From: Octopus sinensis
Taxonomy: Eukaryota
Assembly (NCBI RefSeq): GCF_006345805.1
Contig: NC_043007.1
Coordinates: forward strand, 4,526,001 to 4,590,000
Length of the DNA: 64,000 nt
Direction: 5' to 3'
The number at the start of each line of letters is the position of its first letter. Position 1 is the stretch's first letter. Both the position numbers and the translations under genes were made by a program. Below the pieces are notes generated by a model, which did not search any database, was not told the DNA's origin, and was given only the letters and a program-made list of their open reading frames with translations. This document shows, piece after piece, positions 1 through 12,316 of the stretch.

Positions 1-294
1 CTAGTACTTATTCTATCAGTCTCTTTTGCTAAACCACTAAGTTATGGTGGTTTTGCCCTTGTTTGATTTTTTTTTATTGAACTGCAGCCATGGTGGAATA
101 TCACCTGCAAAAGTTTGTTCATTGATCATATCAACCTCAGTATTTATTTGAATCAGGCATTTATTTTATCATTCTCTTTTTATTGAATGGCTAAGTTAGT
201 TTTGACATGAAAGTACTCTCATGGACTGATATACAAAGGCTCACACAGAAACAGTCAGAGATATGCATGTACACATATGCACACACACACACAC

Positions 295-409
295 TGACCA
301 TCTTGGGGTTACAATAGAAAACATTTAGCTGAGGTGGACTATACAGTGGGACTCAGCCCAGAAAACTATGTGATTGCCAAACAAGCCTTTTTGACCTCAT
401 GGCCATGCC
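295..409 (-). mobile_element. Degenerate tRNA-derived SINE head (family D here)
   Basis: Reverse complement resembles the A/B-box-bearing head seen at 21548-21672, 32750-32870 and 57760-57900. Confidence 0.5.
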
Positions 410-1210
410 TGTGTCACAAAACAAACTTACGTGAAGTGCAAAACTTTCAGCTTAATTCTAAGTTTTTGATCACTTTGAGAAGAGCTTTCAGGCATTAGTC
501 AACTACAGCAAGTTATATCAACAGCAGATAGTCTATGCAGTCTGGTTCAAAGAGAGACCAACTCTTCTAATATGAAAATATTCTATCTCCTTGAAACGTA
601 TTACAGTTCAACCGCTGACTTAACAATGCAGGAAGACTACTCAGTCATTCTATATAGAATCTGCAACTTATAGACCAAATGTTGTGCTGGTGTCATTTGC
701 AGTTGCATACATTTCTTAGCATCATCTAATGCGCTGTTTAATTAAAAGTTCCATTCATATTTACTGAAGTAGAATACGATTGGTTGAGCAATGTTCGGTG
801 CCTAAAGATATATTGCAATGGTAGCATTAGAAAACTGAAATCCATCTTGAACTGCCAGAATAAGCTAGATGTATGCAAACAAATACACCGTTCCTCCAAA
901 CATTAATAGCACCTGGCTGTTTGATTATTAATGTAATAACGAACAGACAAACACTGTGTCTGATGATACATTTTTAATATGCTTATTGCTTAACTCAGCA
1001 ATTTGCAAATCATCCAGCAACAAGGTTCAGTCTACAGTTATTTGTTGCTTAATTTTATTTAACTTTATTCCTTACCTGTCATCCCTCCCTCCCTCTATCT
1101 TTCTACATATCCAGTTACCTGCCTGAATGCTTACCTGTCTCTGTCATGTCTCATGTTTCAATACAATTAAACATTAAAACCTAAAATAAATAAAAATCCT
1201 TGCTCCCCAA

Positions 1211-1531
1211 TGGTACTCCATCAGTTACGACCATGAGGGTTCCTGTTGATCCGGTCAATGAAACAGCCTACTCATAAAATTAGCATGTAAGTGGCTGAGT
1301 ACTCCACAGACATATCCTTAATGTAGTTGTCAAGGAGATTCAGCATGACACAGACTGTGACAAGGCTGGTCCCCTTTAAATTACTGGTACAACTTATTTT
1401 CGCCAACTAAATGGACTGGAGCCATGTGAAATAAAGTGTCTTGCTCAAGGACACAATACGCTGCTGGGAATTGAACTCATGATGTTATGATCACAAGCCA
1501 AATGTCCTAACCACTGAGCCACACTCCTTCA
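1211..1531 (-). mobile_element. tRNA-derived SINE with CORE-like middle (family B here)
   Basis: Reverse complement aligns with 38762-39091 and 54791-55169: A box TGGCTCAGTGG, B-box-like GAGTTCAATTCC, GTGTCCTTGAGCAAGACACTT core and the same 3' end (…GGAGTACCA). Confidence 0.8.
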
Positions 1532-2488
1532 CTCAGCATTAAAAAATAAAACCAGCGATAATTAAAACCTAAACCAATTACAAAACTCATATTGTTCGTT
1601 ATACTTTTCTGACGTTTTTGACGATTTTTTTTAGTATCTTCTGATTTAGTTAATATCAGTTTGCCATTTTGCTACAAACTACATTTAACTGAAAAATGCC
1701 AGACCTCATGTCGCTTGAGATTACACCATTACAGCTCAAACATTTCAATTGGTGATTTTCAAAAATGAACCCAATTACCTGTGCTATACACAGCAGCAAC
1801 TATTGTGATTGGACTGAATCCTCTATGACAACCTCTGCTGTGTGGACACTACAAGAATCTACTGATGTATATATATAGATGGATGCTGCTATTTCTAAAA
1901 AGTCACTTTACTTCTTAGAAATAGTAGCTAAACTTCCTTAAATTCTCTTGCTAACATCTTTAAAAAAGAACATGTGGTCCTAAGTTCCCTGCACATTGGG
2001 AAAGACAAGAAGGTCATGGCTGGAATGCTTTGATCATAGGTCTGTTCATTGATCAAGGTTGACTCGGAACTATATAACTCAAGGAAAAAAAAAACAGACT
2101 GGGCGAGGGAGAAAGTGTAAGATATTCAAACTCTCATACAATGTCTTATACAATTAGCCACTGTATGTCAGAATGTCGTCAGTGAAGTGGGACTATGTTG
2201 TAACTGGCAAAATAGATGATCTCTGGATATTGTATCTAAATATTGGCTTAATTCTCTCACACACGGACATGTGTGTGTGTGTGTGTTTCACTAATATACA
2301 TCAAGCTATATATTGGTGAGAAAACAAATAAACCAGTGCTTTCCAACTGAAATTCCCTGCTACTGTTCCCAAAATGTGTTCCCTGCCTGTCAATCTATAT
2401 ACACATCTACATACTTGCATGCATACACACATGTGTATGTGTGTGTATACCGTGCACCTGAGCACTGTATACACAAAGTGCAATAAGT

Positions 2489-2521
2489 TCATTATACTGT
2501 ATATATATATGTGTTTGTATG

Positions 2522-2555
<34 letters not shown>

Positions 2556-2591
2556 TGTATGTATGTATGTATGTATGTATGTATGTATGTA

Positions 2592-2624
<33 letters not shown>

Positions 2625-2730
2625 GCATGTGTGTGTATTTATCTGTGTGTGTGTGTGTGTGTGTATGTGAGTATGTATCTCTCTCTCTCTCTCTCTCTGT
2701 ATACATACACATATATACACACATACACAT
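2489..2730. repeat. Compound microsatellite (TA)n/(TATG)n/(GT)n/(CT)n
   Basis: Read directly from the sequence; explains the overlapping ORFs at 2301-2816. Confidence 0.95.
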
Positions 2731-3506
2731 ATGCATGGAGTTAAAAAAAAAGAAAAAGAAAAGAAACCATGTCTGAATTCATTTTCGTAGATTTGAGTAA
2801 ATAAAATAGACATCAAATATTTGATCTCTTTTGAACGCTGCTTATTTATTGGCTAAATATTAAAACTACTCCAGTGTAAATTAGTAATTTATCATCTCAT
2901 TTTAATACAGTTTATTATTTCATCACAAAAAACCATCAGTTTTAGAAGAATTATCTTGTAAATTGGTTTACATAGAATAGTCTTAGTACTGATTGCTTAT
3001 GTAGCGGAGTTCTTCAATTCTTTTGTTTGTTTTAATCATCATATGTAAGGCCATGCTGGAGCAGGGCTTTCACAAAATGAGTGATAAGTTTGTCATGTCC
3101 ATCCTTTATATCTTTAAGGTATGAGATACAGATGACATTAAGAACACCTAGGAATTGAAACTGGTTTCCAACATTCAAAATTTGTTTGCCTAGATCTTTA
3201 AATTGGTTGATTCAGACCTGAATTTTGTTTGAAAATTTTGCTTTGCAGCAGATGTGATTCAGAGTATGACATCTTAAGCTGGTGTATTCTGCCATAGACT
3301 CAGGTTGATCAATGCCCTTATGGGTTGAATTTGGTAGGTGGAAGCTATGTGGAAGATATCGTATACTTGTAAGTGGGTGTAAGCACATGTATGTAGGTAC
3401 ATATGTGGAGAGAGAGAGAGGGCCTGAGGATGGTGGGTGTATGTGTATATATTTCAGTTTTGTGTAATGGAGATAGATGCAACCATCAGATGGAAAACTG
3501 ATAAAC

Positions 3507-3531
3507 TGGTACTTTCAAATTGAAAGTACCA
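3507..3531. repeat. Perfect 25-bp palindrome (12-bp arms, 1-nt centre)
   Basis: TGGTACTTTCAA-A-TTGAAAGTACCA. Confidence 0.9.
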
Positions 3532-3589
3532 TGTATTAGATGTTTTACCTATGTCTCACAGACACTTCTTTGTCAACTTTGCCAATATA

Positions 3590-4060
3590 TACATACATGC
3601 ATACACACACACACTCACATACATACACACACATACATACACATACATACATACATACATATACACACATACATACATACGTACATATATACATATACAC
3701 ACACACATACATACATACATAAACACACATACATACACACACATACATACATACATATACACACACACACATACATACATACATACATACATACATACAC
3801 ACACATACATACACACACATACATACATACATACATATACACACATACATACATACATACATACGTACATACATACATGCATACACATTTACACACACAT
3901 ATATACATACATACATATACACACACATACACATTTACACACACACACACACATACATATACACACATACACACACACATACATACATACATACATACAC
4001 ACATACATACATACATACATACACACACACATACATACACACATACATACATCTATGCAT
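3590..4060. repeat. Long (ACAT)n/(AC)n microsatellite
   Basis: Read directly from the sequence; explains the HTY-rich ORFs at 3520-4147. Confidence 0.95.
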
Positions 4061-4665
4061 GCATGCAACAGACTATTGGTTGACGCACGAGCATCTGTAA
4101 CCAATGATTTTGTTTTTCACAATATTTGCTGTAAAAAAAGAAAATAAATAAATATTATGTGACAACACTAATTACAGGATTGTTTAAAAAATTAGCGAAA
4201 TATGTAAGTGTCTGTCGCTGTCTTCCCCATCATTGCTCACACTGGGAAATAGGATGTAATGATAGTGTGTCTTATAGGGAAATAACTCAACACTGACTCT
4301 GTACCTACTCAACCATTGCAACTGTCTATCAGTTGATGTAATTATAGTCATTACTAGTTCAGAAATACCCAAATGGCTTACCGTTATAGTCAAACGTCTA
4401 TCTGCTAAATTCACGTCGTCGGAGATCAACAACTGGTGACTGACTCATGGAAAGGAAATTCAGTCCATTACACCTGGAATAGTAAAGAGGCGAAGGGGGA
4501 GACCTGAAGCAGGCAGTGTGCAGAAATCATGCAGAAGCCCATTGGTGGTTGTGATGGTGGCAGCAGTGGTGTGTGTGTGTGTGTGTGTGTGTTTTTGTGA
4601 AACGAGGAACAGCTTTGGAAATTACTATTTTAAAATCTCACAATGAGAGATATTCAGCAACAGTA

Positions 4666-4895
4666 CTTTGTAGTAAAGACTGTTTGCCAACATAGCGTGG
4701 CAGTCCTAGTTTAGGACGAATGTTGCTGTAATTTAGCCCCAGGGAGACATCGTCTCCAGCCAGCTGTACAACACAATCTGTGTCCTTACATTTTCGAACC
4801 AGCTGGAGACAATGATTCCTAAGACTAAATTACAACAACATTTGTCCTAAACCAGGACTGCCATGCTATGTTGGCAAACAATCTTTACTACAAAG
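4666..4895. mobile_element. 230-bp MITE / fold-back element with ~95-bp terminal inverted repeats
   Basis: Left end CTTTGTAGTAAAGACTGTTTGCCAACATAGC… is the near-perfect reverse complement of the right end …GCTATGTTGGCAAACAATCTTTACTACAAAG, with a short internal spacer. No clear TSD. Confidence 0.85.
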
Positions 4896-5694
4896 GAACA
4901 GCTTTCATCATCATCATCATCATCATCGTTTAACATCCGCTTTCCATGCTAGCATGGGTTGGACGATTTTTCATAGTGAATAAAAAGAACCAATCCCAAG
5001 TGGTGGGGGGGTACAGTTATGGAGTCTGACATGATACTTTGCTGTGTATGTTCCATCTCTGTTTTCTATCTGCAGCCCCTGCAATAAAAATGATGCTGAG
5101 CTGCATCATCCGCGCAAGTCAGTAGCATTATCCCTTGGATAAACATTGAAGGTGTAGAGAGAGGAAACTTTCATATATGAGCAACTGTTAGTCTTCTTGA
5201 AAATATCTTCTTGAGGCTAATACATATACACATGCAGATGTTTGATCAACATTGAATGAGAGAGGCCACACAGTTTTGTCCAGGGATATTAACAAAAAAG
5301 GACTTTGCTCTAAATTGTGGTTCTGCAACTTCTTTATGATTTAACAATATAAAAAGCTTTTTGTTTTTGTATTTCTTGAAAATTGGGATTGTTCGTTCTA
5401 CATAATTTTTTTTTATCATTTAGTCAGGAAGAAAGGGCAATACCCATGACCATTTATAGGGTCTTTAAGACAAGTAGGAAGAAGAGAGAAAGGTACCCTC
5501 AAACCAGAAAGACCTGACCGAAATGCTTGCAACAGAGTGGACTTTTCTAAAGGCACTCACTTGTTGCTGGCAGTAAATCAAACAGTGGATTGATTCTACA
5601 AAAAGAGGCTATGATGAGATTTGAATTCACAGTGCAAATTTCCAGGACAAATACTGCTAGGTACCCCATCTGATGCTTTGACAATGTTAATAAC

Positions 5695-5725
5695 TAAATA
5701 AAACTCCAGATTGGAGTTTTATTTA
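5695..5725. repeat. Perfect hairpin, 14-bp arms, 3-nt loop
   Basis: TAAATAAAACTCCA-GAT-TGGAGTTTTATTTA. Confidence 0.9.
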
Positions 5726-6829
5726 TTGACTCTGGAAGCTGGAAGAATGAAAGTTGATTTTGGAATGATTTGAACTCAGAAAGCATATTCTCTGATGCTT
5801 TAATGGCTCTATCAGTTTACTGTTAACATTATGAAAAACAAACAAATAACTGTTGTTGTTTAATTCAGCCCTGATTAGAAAAAGTTTTAGTCAGAAGCAC
5901 TCTAGCCTAGCCAATGGTTATTTAGGTATGATGTATCTTGAATCACATTATCAAATTAATCCTTTTTAAAAATATTTTAGAGTGAAAATTTTGCTTTTTC
6001 TTTTCTTGTAAGTTAAAGGCTTCCTCACTGGCTTTGCTGTTGTTGTTGGTGTTGTGTTCTTTCAAAATTGAAAATCTTCAAGATTAATGAATTGCCAATT
6101 AATATGTGCCAAAAATGTCCACTATTCCAGTTGTAACAGGTTTCTTAAGAGTCAGTGCCCAGCTCTGGCTGCTGGGCATTATTGGATAAAGGGCAAATCT
6201 GTCACCAGGTATGGTGTTAGCATATTGCAATTTATATTATTAAAACCTGCTAATACAAACAGATAAACTTAGGATTATAGGATTACATGTGATACACCAA
6301 ACACTCATTGAAAAACCTACATGCGACAGATCTTGAAGCCAAAATGTATGATTTAGTCTCCTCACCAAGTCTACTGATTCACACCAATATAAGGACAGAT
6401 ATATCTCAGGAAGCTTGTTTCCATCTTAACAAGTATCACCATTGTCGTCACTCCTTGCTTTATTGTCTTCTTCTAATCATTTCCTAGTAATCATTTCAAT
6501 TTCTATTCAATACCCACCTCTCCCCCACCCCTTCTTTCTCTCTCTCTGTTTTATTAAGTTACATATAAACACAGGGACCTGAAATATGGCATACACAGCA
6601 AATAGCCACTTACAACTTTTTCTTTTTTCCCCCGGAACACAGAATATTAATATCTCAACCAGAGATTAATATTCTTCTACATCGTTCCACAGTGGACAGC
6701 ACACCGACACCTTTTTAGCTTGGCAAATATGGTAGAACGTAATGGTGCATGCAGCAGAGTCTAACGATGCATAATAAAACTTTCCATCACAGCCTTCAGC
6801 AATGATCTATTCTTTTACTCTTTCACCGG

Positions 6830-8070
6830 TTTCAGTCATTGGATTATGACCATACTGGGGCACCCCCTTATGAGTTATAGTCACGTGCATCAGCCCCAGT
6901 TCTTATTTTATTGATCTCAGAAAGGGGAAAAGTAAAGGATACTTGAGCAGGACTTGAACTCATAACAGAAAGGGATGGAACTGAACGCCTGTCTTTAACA
7001 TAGCCCAAGGCCAACAACATCGGCCCTGGGTCTTGTATTTAGTGGCCCTAGAGAGAGAAAAAGCAAGGTTGATCTTGGTGGGATTTGGAAAAACCAGAAT
7101 ATATTCTACAAGGAATTTTAACCAACATTGCAGGGACCCTGGAAGAAATGTTGCTAAGCATTTTGCTTGATGTGCCACTGGTTCCCCCAGCTTTTCCACC
7201 TTAAGGATTTTACATCTTGGCACAAGGCCAGCAATTTTAGTGGGAGTTGTTAAGTTGATGACATCAACCCCACTGCTCAGCGGGTCTTACTTTATTAGCC
7301 CTAAGAGGATGAAAAGCAAAGTTGACCTTGGCAAAATTTGAACGCGTAATGTGATAAACAAGAGGAATTGCTGCTTACCATTTTCTCTGACAATTCTGCT
7401 ATCTTAACACTTTAATAATAATTGAAACAATTCTTTATACTATAGCCACATGGCCTAAAATTTTGGGTGGAGGAGGCAACTGGTCGATTACAATGACCCC
7501 AGTGTTTAACTGGTACTTATTTTATTGACCCTCAAAGGGATAAAAGGCTAAGCCAACCTCAGCAGAATTTGAACTCAAAACATAAGGACAGGCAAAATGA
7601 TACGAAGCATTTTGCCTGGCGTGCTGCCTTAATGGTAATTGTGGTTATAATTTTTAACATTGCCAAAAGGTTATATTTAGTGGGACAATGTTTAAAAATC
7701 AATTTCGGTACTTCATTGGTACTTGATTTTATTGATCCTAGAACAATGAAGTGCAAAGTAACCCTTTATGAGATTTAAACTTTGAACTTTTGCCACAAAG
7801 CATTTTCTCCAGTGTTCTAAGGATTCTACACTCCATTTGTAATTCACCATTACAACAATGGTTTCTAATATTGATAGAAAGCAAACAATTTTGAGGGGAT
7901 GGGGGATCAGTTGATAAAATCAATTTCAGTACTTGATTGGTACTTTATTTATCCACCCAAGACGGATAGAAAGCAAAACTGCCCTTGATGGCATTTGAAC
8001 TCAGAATGTAAAGAGCTAAATGAAATACTGTAAAGAATGTTCTCAACTGCTGTAAAGATTCTACCAATCC
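6830..8070 (-). mobile_element. Head-to-tail cluster of about six degenerate family-A SINE copies
   Basis: Repeated …TACTTATTTTATTGA…GAAAAG(C)AAAGTTGACC…TTTGAACTCA motifs, all on the same strand, matching the full copies at 25336-25572 and 51880-52112. Confidence 0.8.
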
Positions 8071-8509
8071 ACCACCATGACCAACACATCAATACTTTTG
8101 CAACAATGGCATGCAGATAGAATGTTATAAACTGCAACTCAATGCAGGTGAACATAGCAATTGAGCATGTTATCAAGTAAGGGTTGGTGACAGGAAAAGC
8201 ATGTGGTAATCCTGCCTTAAATACCCTCATCTAACCAAACTTGCAGGAAAAGCAAACATCAAGGGGACAGGCAAATAAACATAGAAAATACATACGTCCG
8301 TAGATAATTGTTTATTATTGAGATCATAGTCAGCGGTCAGGGTTTCTTCCAGGTATAGCAGGTCTTTCATTCTTCGGTTATATGGGAATAAAATTATAGC
8401 TGACCAAATTCAAATCCCATTTAAGACAGCATTTTAAAATCTCATTCTTTCCTCCTCTTTACTCGCAGTCAAATTTAACAGTGTGTGGTTGTGTAAAGGA
8501 GGTGTTGAC

Positions 8510-8539
8510 GGGGAAGAAATTCTATCAAATTTCTTCCCC
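8510..8539. repeat. Perfect hairpin, 12-bp arms, 6-nt loop
   Basis: GGGGAAGAAATT-CTATCA-AATTTCTTCCCC. Confidence 0.9.
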
Positions 8540-9495
8540 TTTGCTGGTCTTGACATTTCAGTGAAGACAGCAACATATAATATAATAACGGTAACTTAAG
8601 TATTGAAATCTTAGCATTAAACATTAAACCATAACCCAGTCAATGGCCACAATAAAAGTCTGCCATAAAGGTTTACAATAAGTGTCTGGAACAAGAATGG
8701 ATGAGTGATTGTCTGCAGAAGATAGAAAATATGTTTGTGAAAAATGGTTAAGCACCTGCTTGGAATGATAAGATGGCAATAACAATAATAAGCAATTGTG
8801 GAAGCGTATGATTTAGTCAAAGCAAGTGTGATTATGAGTGTGTCACTGTACTGTGTTTGCTCTATAGCAACATTTGGCCTTTAGCAGAGTATGAACTGGC
8901 TTTCACTAACATGCACTCTACTGCCTGATGTTATGTTACACAGAAGAGCAGAACCTTCCTTTAGCACCATAGATAAGTTTAGTAGGTTTATTGGTTTTAT
9001 TGATCATTCCCTGTTCAGTTCTATCAGGTGTCATGGACTGCCTTCTGCTTCCAGCAATTGTGAACTGTGTAGTTACCATCGGATGTCTGTATGGTTGTAT
9101 GCAGTTCTTTGCCATTTAGCAGCAATGTGAAAGGGTCGATACATTGCCACAAGATGTCCTTTCACCCAACACTAATTATTACATTAATAAACAGCCATTT
9201 TTCTTTCACCCAACAGCTACAATGTATTATTAGTCTAATAATTCACGCAGGTGTTGCTTGCCCTTTGCCTTCCTCTAAAGGTCTTTGGCTGCAATAGTGA
9301 AAACCCTCACCTTGTTTCATAGCAAAATAAATTTTGCTCTTGTCTTTCAAACTTGAACAGCACAACCATCAGACATGTTTTCATGGAAGATTGCAAACAA
9401 CTCTGCTTGTATGACAAGGATGTTTTGCAGAGTTAGTGCACAATGTCAAGATAAGAAGACAAAAATGCATACACACACATGCAACGGGCATCTTT

Positions 9496-9756
9496 TATAC
9501 AGTTCTATATTTAAGAGATGAGGAATTATGCACATTATTTACATTTGATGGATATTTGTCCTCATCTTGTTTGTTGTTAACACGTTTCGGTTGATATACC
9601 CTCCAGCCTTCATCAGGTGTCTTGGGGAAATTTTGAACCTGGGTTTTCATTCCTAAGGTATTTTTTGATATAGTTATTATTATTATTATTCAGTTCACTA
9701 CCTGGAATTGCACTTGGAATCTTGAGGTTAGTAGCCTACGTTCTTAGCCATTACGC
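9496..9756 (-). mobile_element. tRNA-headed SINE-like element carrying a Penelope-type minimal hammerhead motif
   Basis: On the minus strand: tRNA-like head (GCGTAATGGCTAAG…GATTCCAAGTGCAATTCC), an (AAT)n linker, then a body shared with 31478-31600 and partly with 25040-25130 that contains CTGATGA…GAAAC. Confidence 0.75.
9578..9621 (-). ncRNA. Minimal type I hammerhead ribozyme motif, probably inactivated
   Basis: GACAC-CUGAUGA-A-GGCUG/loop/CAACC-GAAA-CGU-GUU. Relative to the 31498 copy it has a 3-nt deletion at the cleavage site and one stem II mismatch. Confidence 0.65.
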
Positions 9757-10343
9757 AGAGATACAGCACAGAATTTTGTCAGTGAACAGGTCGCGTTCTC
9801 AAAGCGACAAAAATATTTTGGCAAATTAAATTTAAATGTTGAAGTGAATCAAACGGTTTTTGTGTGTTTTTAAATGGCTTATAAACACCTTCCATGCTGC
9901 AATTTTTTTTCGTTCCAGCACACGATCTCAGATCAGGTCACTTGCTATGCAAGAACATCTCTGTAATATATATATATATGTTGCAGAATTCTCTGCGAGT
10001 TATTTTTTTTCTGCTCAAATGCTGGTGTACATAATTAGCAAAACCAGTTAGTCTCTGTTGCAATGTTTACTTGCTCAATTGTCAGGGTTAACCAAGTGAA
10101 TATGTTTCACTAATAAGATCGGAAGACACTCGATGCTTTTCTCAGTTGGATCCAAAGTCAAAATCCACTCATGACAGCTTAGTCTTTATTTTCAAAAAAA
10201 TTTGAATTAATTGATATTGTAGGTATTGTTTTTCTTGTTGAACTCTTTTGAATTTTAAACAAAGGCTAGCTCAAGTTTTGTCTTCTAATTGCAAAGTTAA
10301 TCTCATTTAATAGAAGTTTTTCAAGTCACTTTATCACATGTAA

Positions 10344-10375
<32 letters not shown>

Positions 10376-10530
10376 GTAATAATTCTTTCTAATATAATGC
10401 ATACAAACATGTGCACAAACATTGAATTGTGTTGCATGAGAAGAGTGCTCAAGACATAAGGTAGAGTATGTGGCTTATTAAAACAGAATGTCAAGCGATA
10501 AACATTCAGTTCCAATAAACTCTCTCTCTC

Positions 10531-10592
<62 letters not shown>

Positions 10593-10902
10593 CACACATA
10601 TTATATACAGAGAGAGAGAGAGATTTATATATATAATAAAGCATGTATCTTATGTCTTCATGTGTGTGGGCATTCTATATACAATGTACTTAAACAATAT
10701 CTCTCAATGCACACACACACACACACGCAGGTACCTTGAGGATATTATTTTCTCTTTTATGAATAAGAATATTTGATTGCTTCTTTCCTGCAGTTGGATG
10801 GCAAAATTTCTGCTGATGCAACATCATGCACTCATCCATGTTACACAACTCTTAGATTGGCAAACAGAGCTGCATGTTATAAGCATTTCTTCTCTTCTCT
10901 TG

Positions 10903-10940
<38 letters not shown>

Positions 10941-12013
10941 ACATCATCATCATCATCATCATCCTTCCTTCCTCTGTTACCTTCCACATTTGTTGTTCCT
11001 ATTGTTGTTGTTCTTTTTCTTCTCCCCACCCACACAACCCCAGCTCACCCCCACCACTGTAGTCATGACAATTTACAGTTTAGAGACCAAAGAAAATCTT
11101 TGTAACCAGCATCCAGAAAGATTTCCCACTTTGCTTTACTTTTGCTCATTAATTTGATTAACGAATCTAGTATATTGGTAATCTTTTGTGCTTTTTTTTC
11201 CCTAGTACTGATCTTATCAAAAGATATAAATATTTGTCAATTTTTGCTGTTGCTGTTTAACCCCAGGTCACCACTTATCCAGCAGACCTATAATTATCCC
11301 GTCCTTTTCTATATATTTTGGTGTCCTTCTTTATTTAAACCGAAAGTATGTTGTTTGAGAGAGATTTGGCTGCTTTTTCTAATCAGTCTGCTGATTGTTC
11401 CTTTAGCTGTGTCAATGTAGTTTTATGTGTGTGTGTGTATTAGAACATGTATTACTGTGTGTGTGTGCTACAACTAACCAGTTTATTGGTGTTGGAATTA
11501 CAGCTAAAGGACTGGAGATTTATATCCCATAAGTGATGTTGTGCTCTGTCTTTAAATTACGATACCTTCCTGGTGAGTGTTCAGCCTCTATGAAGCTGTA
11601 AACAGGTGCTTTATGTATGTTCAGATCGCTTCTGAAATAGAAAGTAACACTCGCTGATAACTAATGAGTAAGACTTAGACTTCATCAATTTCTCTATAGT
11701 TTTACATTCATTTCCCTCAACTAGCATGGGTCGGATGGATTTCCAGTTTCTCACTTCTTGTGTCATTGTCCTTCATCTTTAGATATGCCCAGCAATAGGA
11801 AAAAGTAAAGAGTACCAATCTTTTTTTTTTTAATGTATGTTTCTCTTTTGTGTGTGTGTGTGTGTTTGCATGGGGAGAGGGGAGATGATGCTGGTTGCTC
11901 TTTCTTAAGTAGTCTCACTGACTACTTTACAGTGGGGACCCAGGGGGGTGAGGAATTCATTTCAGCACTGGCACTATAGAGCTTGTTTATAGTACAAGAA
12001 AGATTGTCTAAGG

Positions 12014-12308
12014 CAATTTTTAGGGGTCCACGCAACAAAATAGTAAATTGGGGATCCAAAATAGTATTTTGAGGGCCCTTGTAAAAAGTTTGTTTTAGAT
12101 GTATGTATTGGTATTTATTGTAAAAAACAGCTGGGTTTCTATTTATAACATTTTACATGGTTCAACTTATAGAAATTAATGAGAGGAAAAACAAAATAGG
12201 AATTTTGAAAGAAGTATCTGTTTTTAAACATGGAATGGCTATGAGGGTCCACAAGAATAAAATAGCAATCAAAGGGGTCCATAGATAAGAAATGGTTGAG
12301 AACCTTTG
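12014..12308. mobile_element. hAT-type MITE (older; left TIR deleted, right end …GGTTGAGAACCTTTG)
   Basis: Flanked by GTCTAAGG at 12006-12013 and 12309-12316. The right end resembles the reverse complement of CAGTGGTTCTCAACC; there are subterminal GGGGTCC motifs. Confidence 0.7.
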
Positions 12309-12316
12309 GTCTAAGG

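Noticed and set aside
2301-4147. Long ORFs up to 198 aa (HTY-, YVCM-rich); likewise 23056-23839, 50319-50910, 55586-56265 and 60010-60271
   Set aside because: They are translations of stop-free microsatellites.
10773-11157. Poly-His / poly-Ser ORFs; likewise poly-Thr/Pro/His/Gln ORFs at 45882-47293
   Set aside because: They come from (CAT)n, (CAC)n and (AAC)n repeats; no domain or consistent splice structure.
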